Translations under genes and position numbers: made by a program | From: a virus | Taxonomy: Duplodnaviria; Heunggongvirae; Uroviricota; Caudoviricetes | Reading direction: 5' to 3' (one strand) | IMG/VR virus record: IMGVR_UViG_2541047121_000018 | Coordinates: 1 to 6,362 of that record | DNA length: 6,362 bases | The notes under the pieces: model-generated | Database searches by the model: none | What the model saw: the letters and a program-made list of their open reading frames with translations, nothing else | Told to the model about the DNA's origin: nothing | Shown: positions 5,872 to 6,362 of the stretch, piece after piece | Position numbering within the stretch: the first letter of the stretch is position 1 | How the letters are laid out: each line of letters begins with the position of its first letter

Positions 5872-6165
5872 ATGAAAAAAATGTTATTTTCTGCCGCTCT
5901 GGCAATGCTTATTACAGGATGTGCTCAACAGACGTTTACTGTTGGAAACAAACCGACAGCAGTAACACCAAAGGAAACCATCACCCATCATTTCTTCGTT
6001 TCGGGAATTGGACAGGAGAAAACTGTTGATGCAGCCAAAATTTGTGGCGGCGCAGAAAATGTGGTTAAAACAGAAACCCAGCAAACATTCGTAAATGGAT
6101 TGCTCGGTTTTATTACTTTAGGCATTTATACTCCGCTGGAAGCGCGGGTGTATTGCTCACAATAA
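5872..6165 (+). CDS. bor: Bor/Iss-family outer-membrane lipoprotein (serum-resistance lysogenic-conversion protein), 97 aa; an alternative upstream ATG at 5857 would give the 102-aa MQDNKMKKM... form
   Basis: The translation MKKMLFSAALAMLITGCAQQTFTVGNKPTAVTPKETITHHFFVSGIGQEKTVDAAKICGGAENVVKTETQQTFVNGLLGFITLGIYTPLEARVYCSQ is nearly identical to lambda Bor / E. coli Iss as I recall them. It has a lipoprotein signal peptide with lipobox LITGC. AGGA lies 7 nt upstream of the ATG at 5872. Its convergent arrangement with Rz matches lambda. Confidence 0.95.
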   Translation: MKKMLFSAALAMLITGCAQQTFTVGNKPTAVTPKETITHHFFVSGIGQEKTVDAAKICGGAENVVKTETQQTFVNGLLGFITLGIYTPLEARVYCSQ

Positions 6166-6175
6166 TTGCATGAGT

Positions 6176-6193
6176 TGCCCATCGATATGGGCA
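6176..6193. terminator. hairpin (7-bp stem TGCCCAT / ATGGGCA, loop CGAT) between the convergent bor and Rz stop codons; possible bidirectional terminator or mRNA-end stabiliser
   Basis: Inverted repeat visible at 6176-6182 and 6187-6193, lying 11 nt after the bor stop and 4 nt after the Rz stop. Neither side has a strong U-tract, so terminator function is speculative. Confidence 0.25.
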
Positions 6194-6196
6194 GCG

Positions 6197-6362
6197 CTAT
6201 CTGCACTGCTCATTAATATACTTCTGGGTTCCTTCCAGTTGTTTTTGCATAGTGATCAGCCTCTCTCTGAGGGTGAAATAATCCCGTTCAGCGGTGTCTG
6301 CCAGTCGGGGGGAGGCTGCATTATCCACGCCGGAGGCGGTGGTGGCTTCACGCACTGACTGA
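6197..6362 (-). CDS. Rz: Rz inner-membrane spanin subunit, C-terminal 54 codons (gene continues beyond the 3' window edge)
   Basis: Minus-strand translation ...QSVREATTASGVDNAASPRLADTAERDYFTLRERLITMQKQLEGTQKYINEQCR* matches the C-terminus of phage lambda Rz essentially residue for residue, as I recall it. Stop TAG at 6197-6199. Confidence 0.9.
   Translation of the reverse strand, partial: QSVREATTASGVDNAASPRLADTAERDYFTLRERLITMQKQLEGTQKYINEQCR
6256..6362 (-). CDS. Rz1: Rz1 outer-membrane lipoprotein spanin subunit, C-terminal 34 codons, embedded in the +1 frame of Rz (continues beyond window edge)
   Basis: Alternative-frame translation ...SQCVKPPPPPAWIMQPPPDWQTPLNGIISPSERG* matches the proline-rich C-terminus of lambda Rz1. 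Stop TGA at 6256-6258, wholly inside the Rz reading frame. Confidence 0.85.
   Translation of the reverse strand, partial: SQCVKPPPPPAWIMQPPPDWQTPLNGIISPSERG

Noticed and set aside
5884-6358. ORF-track frames 5884-6084(-) and 6170-6358(+)
   Set aside because: Antisense to bor and to Rz/Rz1 respectively; both regions are explained by well-recognised genes on the opposite strand.
1-6362. CRISPR arrays, rRNA, tRNA, integrase and att sites
   Set aside because: No regularly spaced direct repeats, no rRNA-like or tRNA-like structure, and no integrase-like ORF are present in the window.

Overview
This window reads as a decayed lambdoid prophage late region, probably from Escherichia or a close enterobacterial relative, with an HK97-type head module on the minus strand. 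Going from high to low coordinates: the 3' ends of the nested spanin genes Rz/Rz1 (6197-6362, -), a convergent Bor/Iss-family lipoprotein gene (5872-6165, +), an AT-rich ~460-bp spacer (5409-5871) holding a perfect palindrome and a 40-codon ORF with a canonical Shine-Dalgarno, a terminase large subunit that appears to lack its N-terminal Walker A region (3996-5408, -), a 53-aa two-helix membrane ORF absent from the ORF track (3838-3999, -), portal (2622-3848, -), prohead protease (2027-2629, -), major capsid protein (787-2016, -) and a gp6-like head-tail connector (385-708, -). The module is then cut off by the right end of an IS3-family element (1-346) whose transposase carries an in-frame TGA. 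I found no terS, no recognisable cos, no tail genes, and no rRNA, tRNA or CRISPR. I do not see evidence of a novel multi-gene system; the least-described items are the two small ORFs and the terminase deletion junction. All family assignments come from reading the translations and recalling family motifs, not from database searches.
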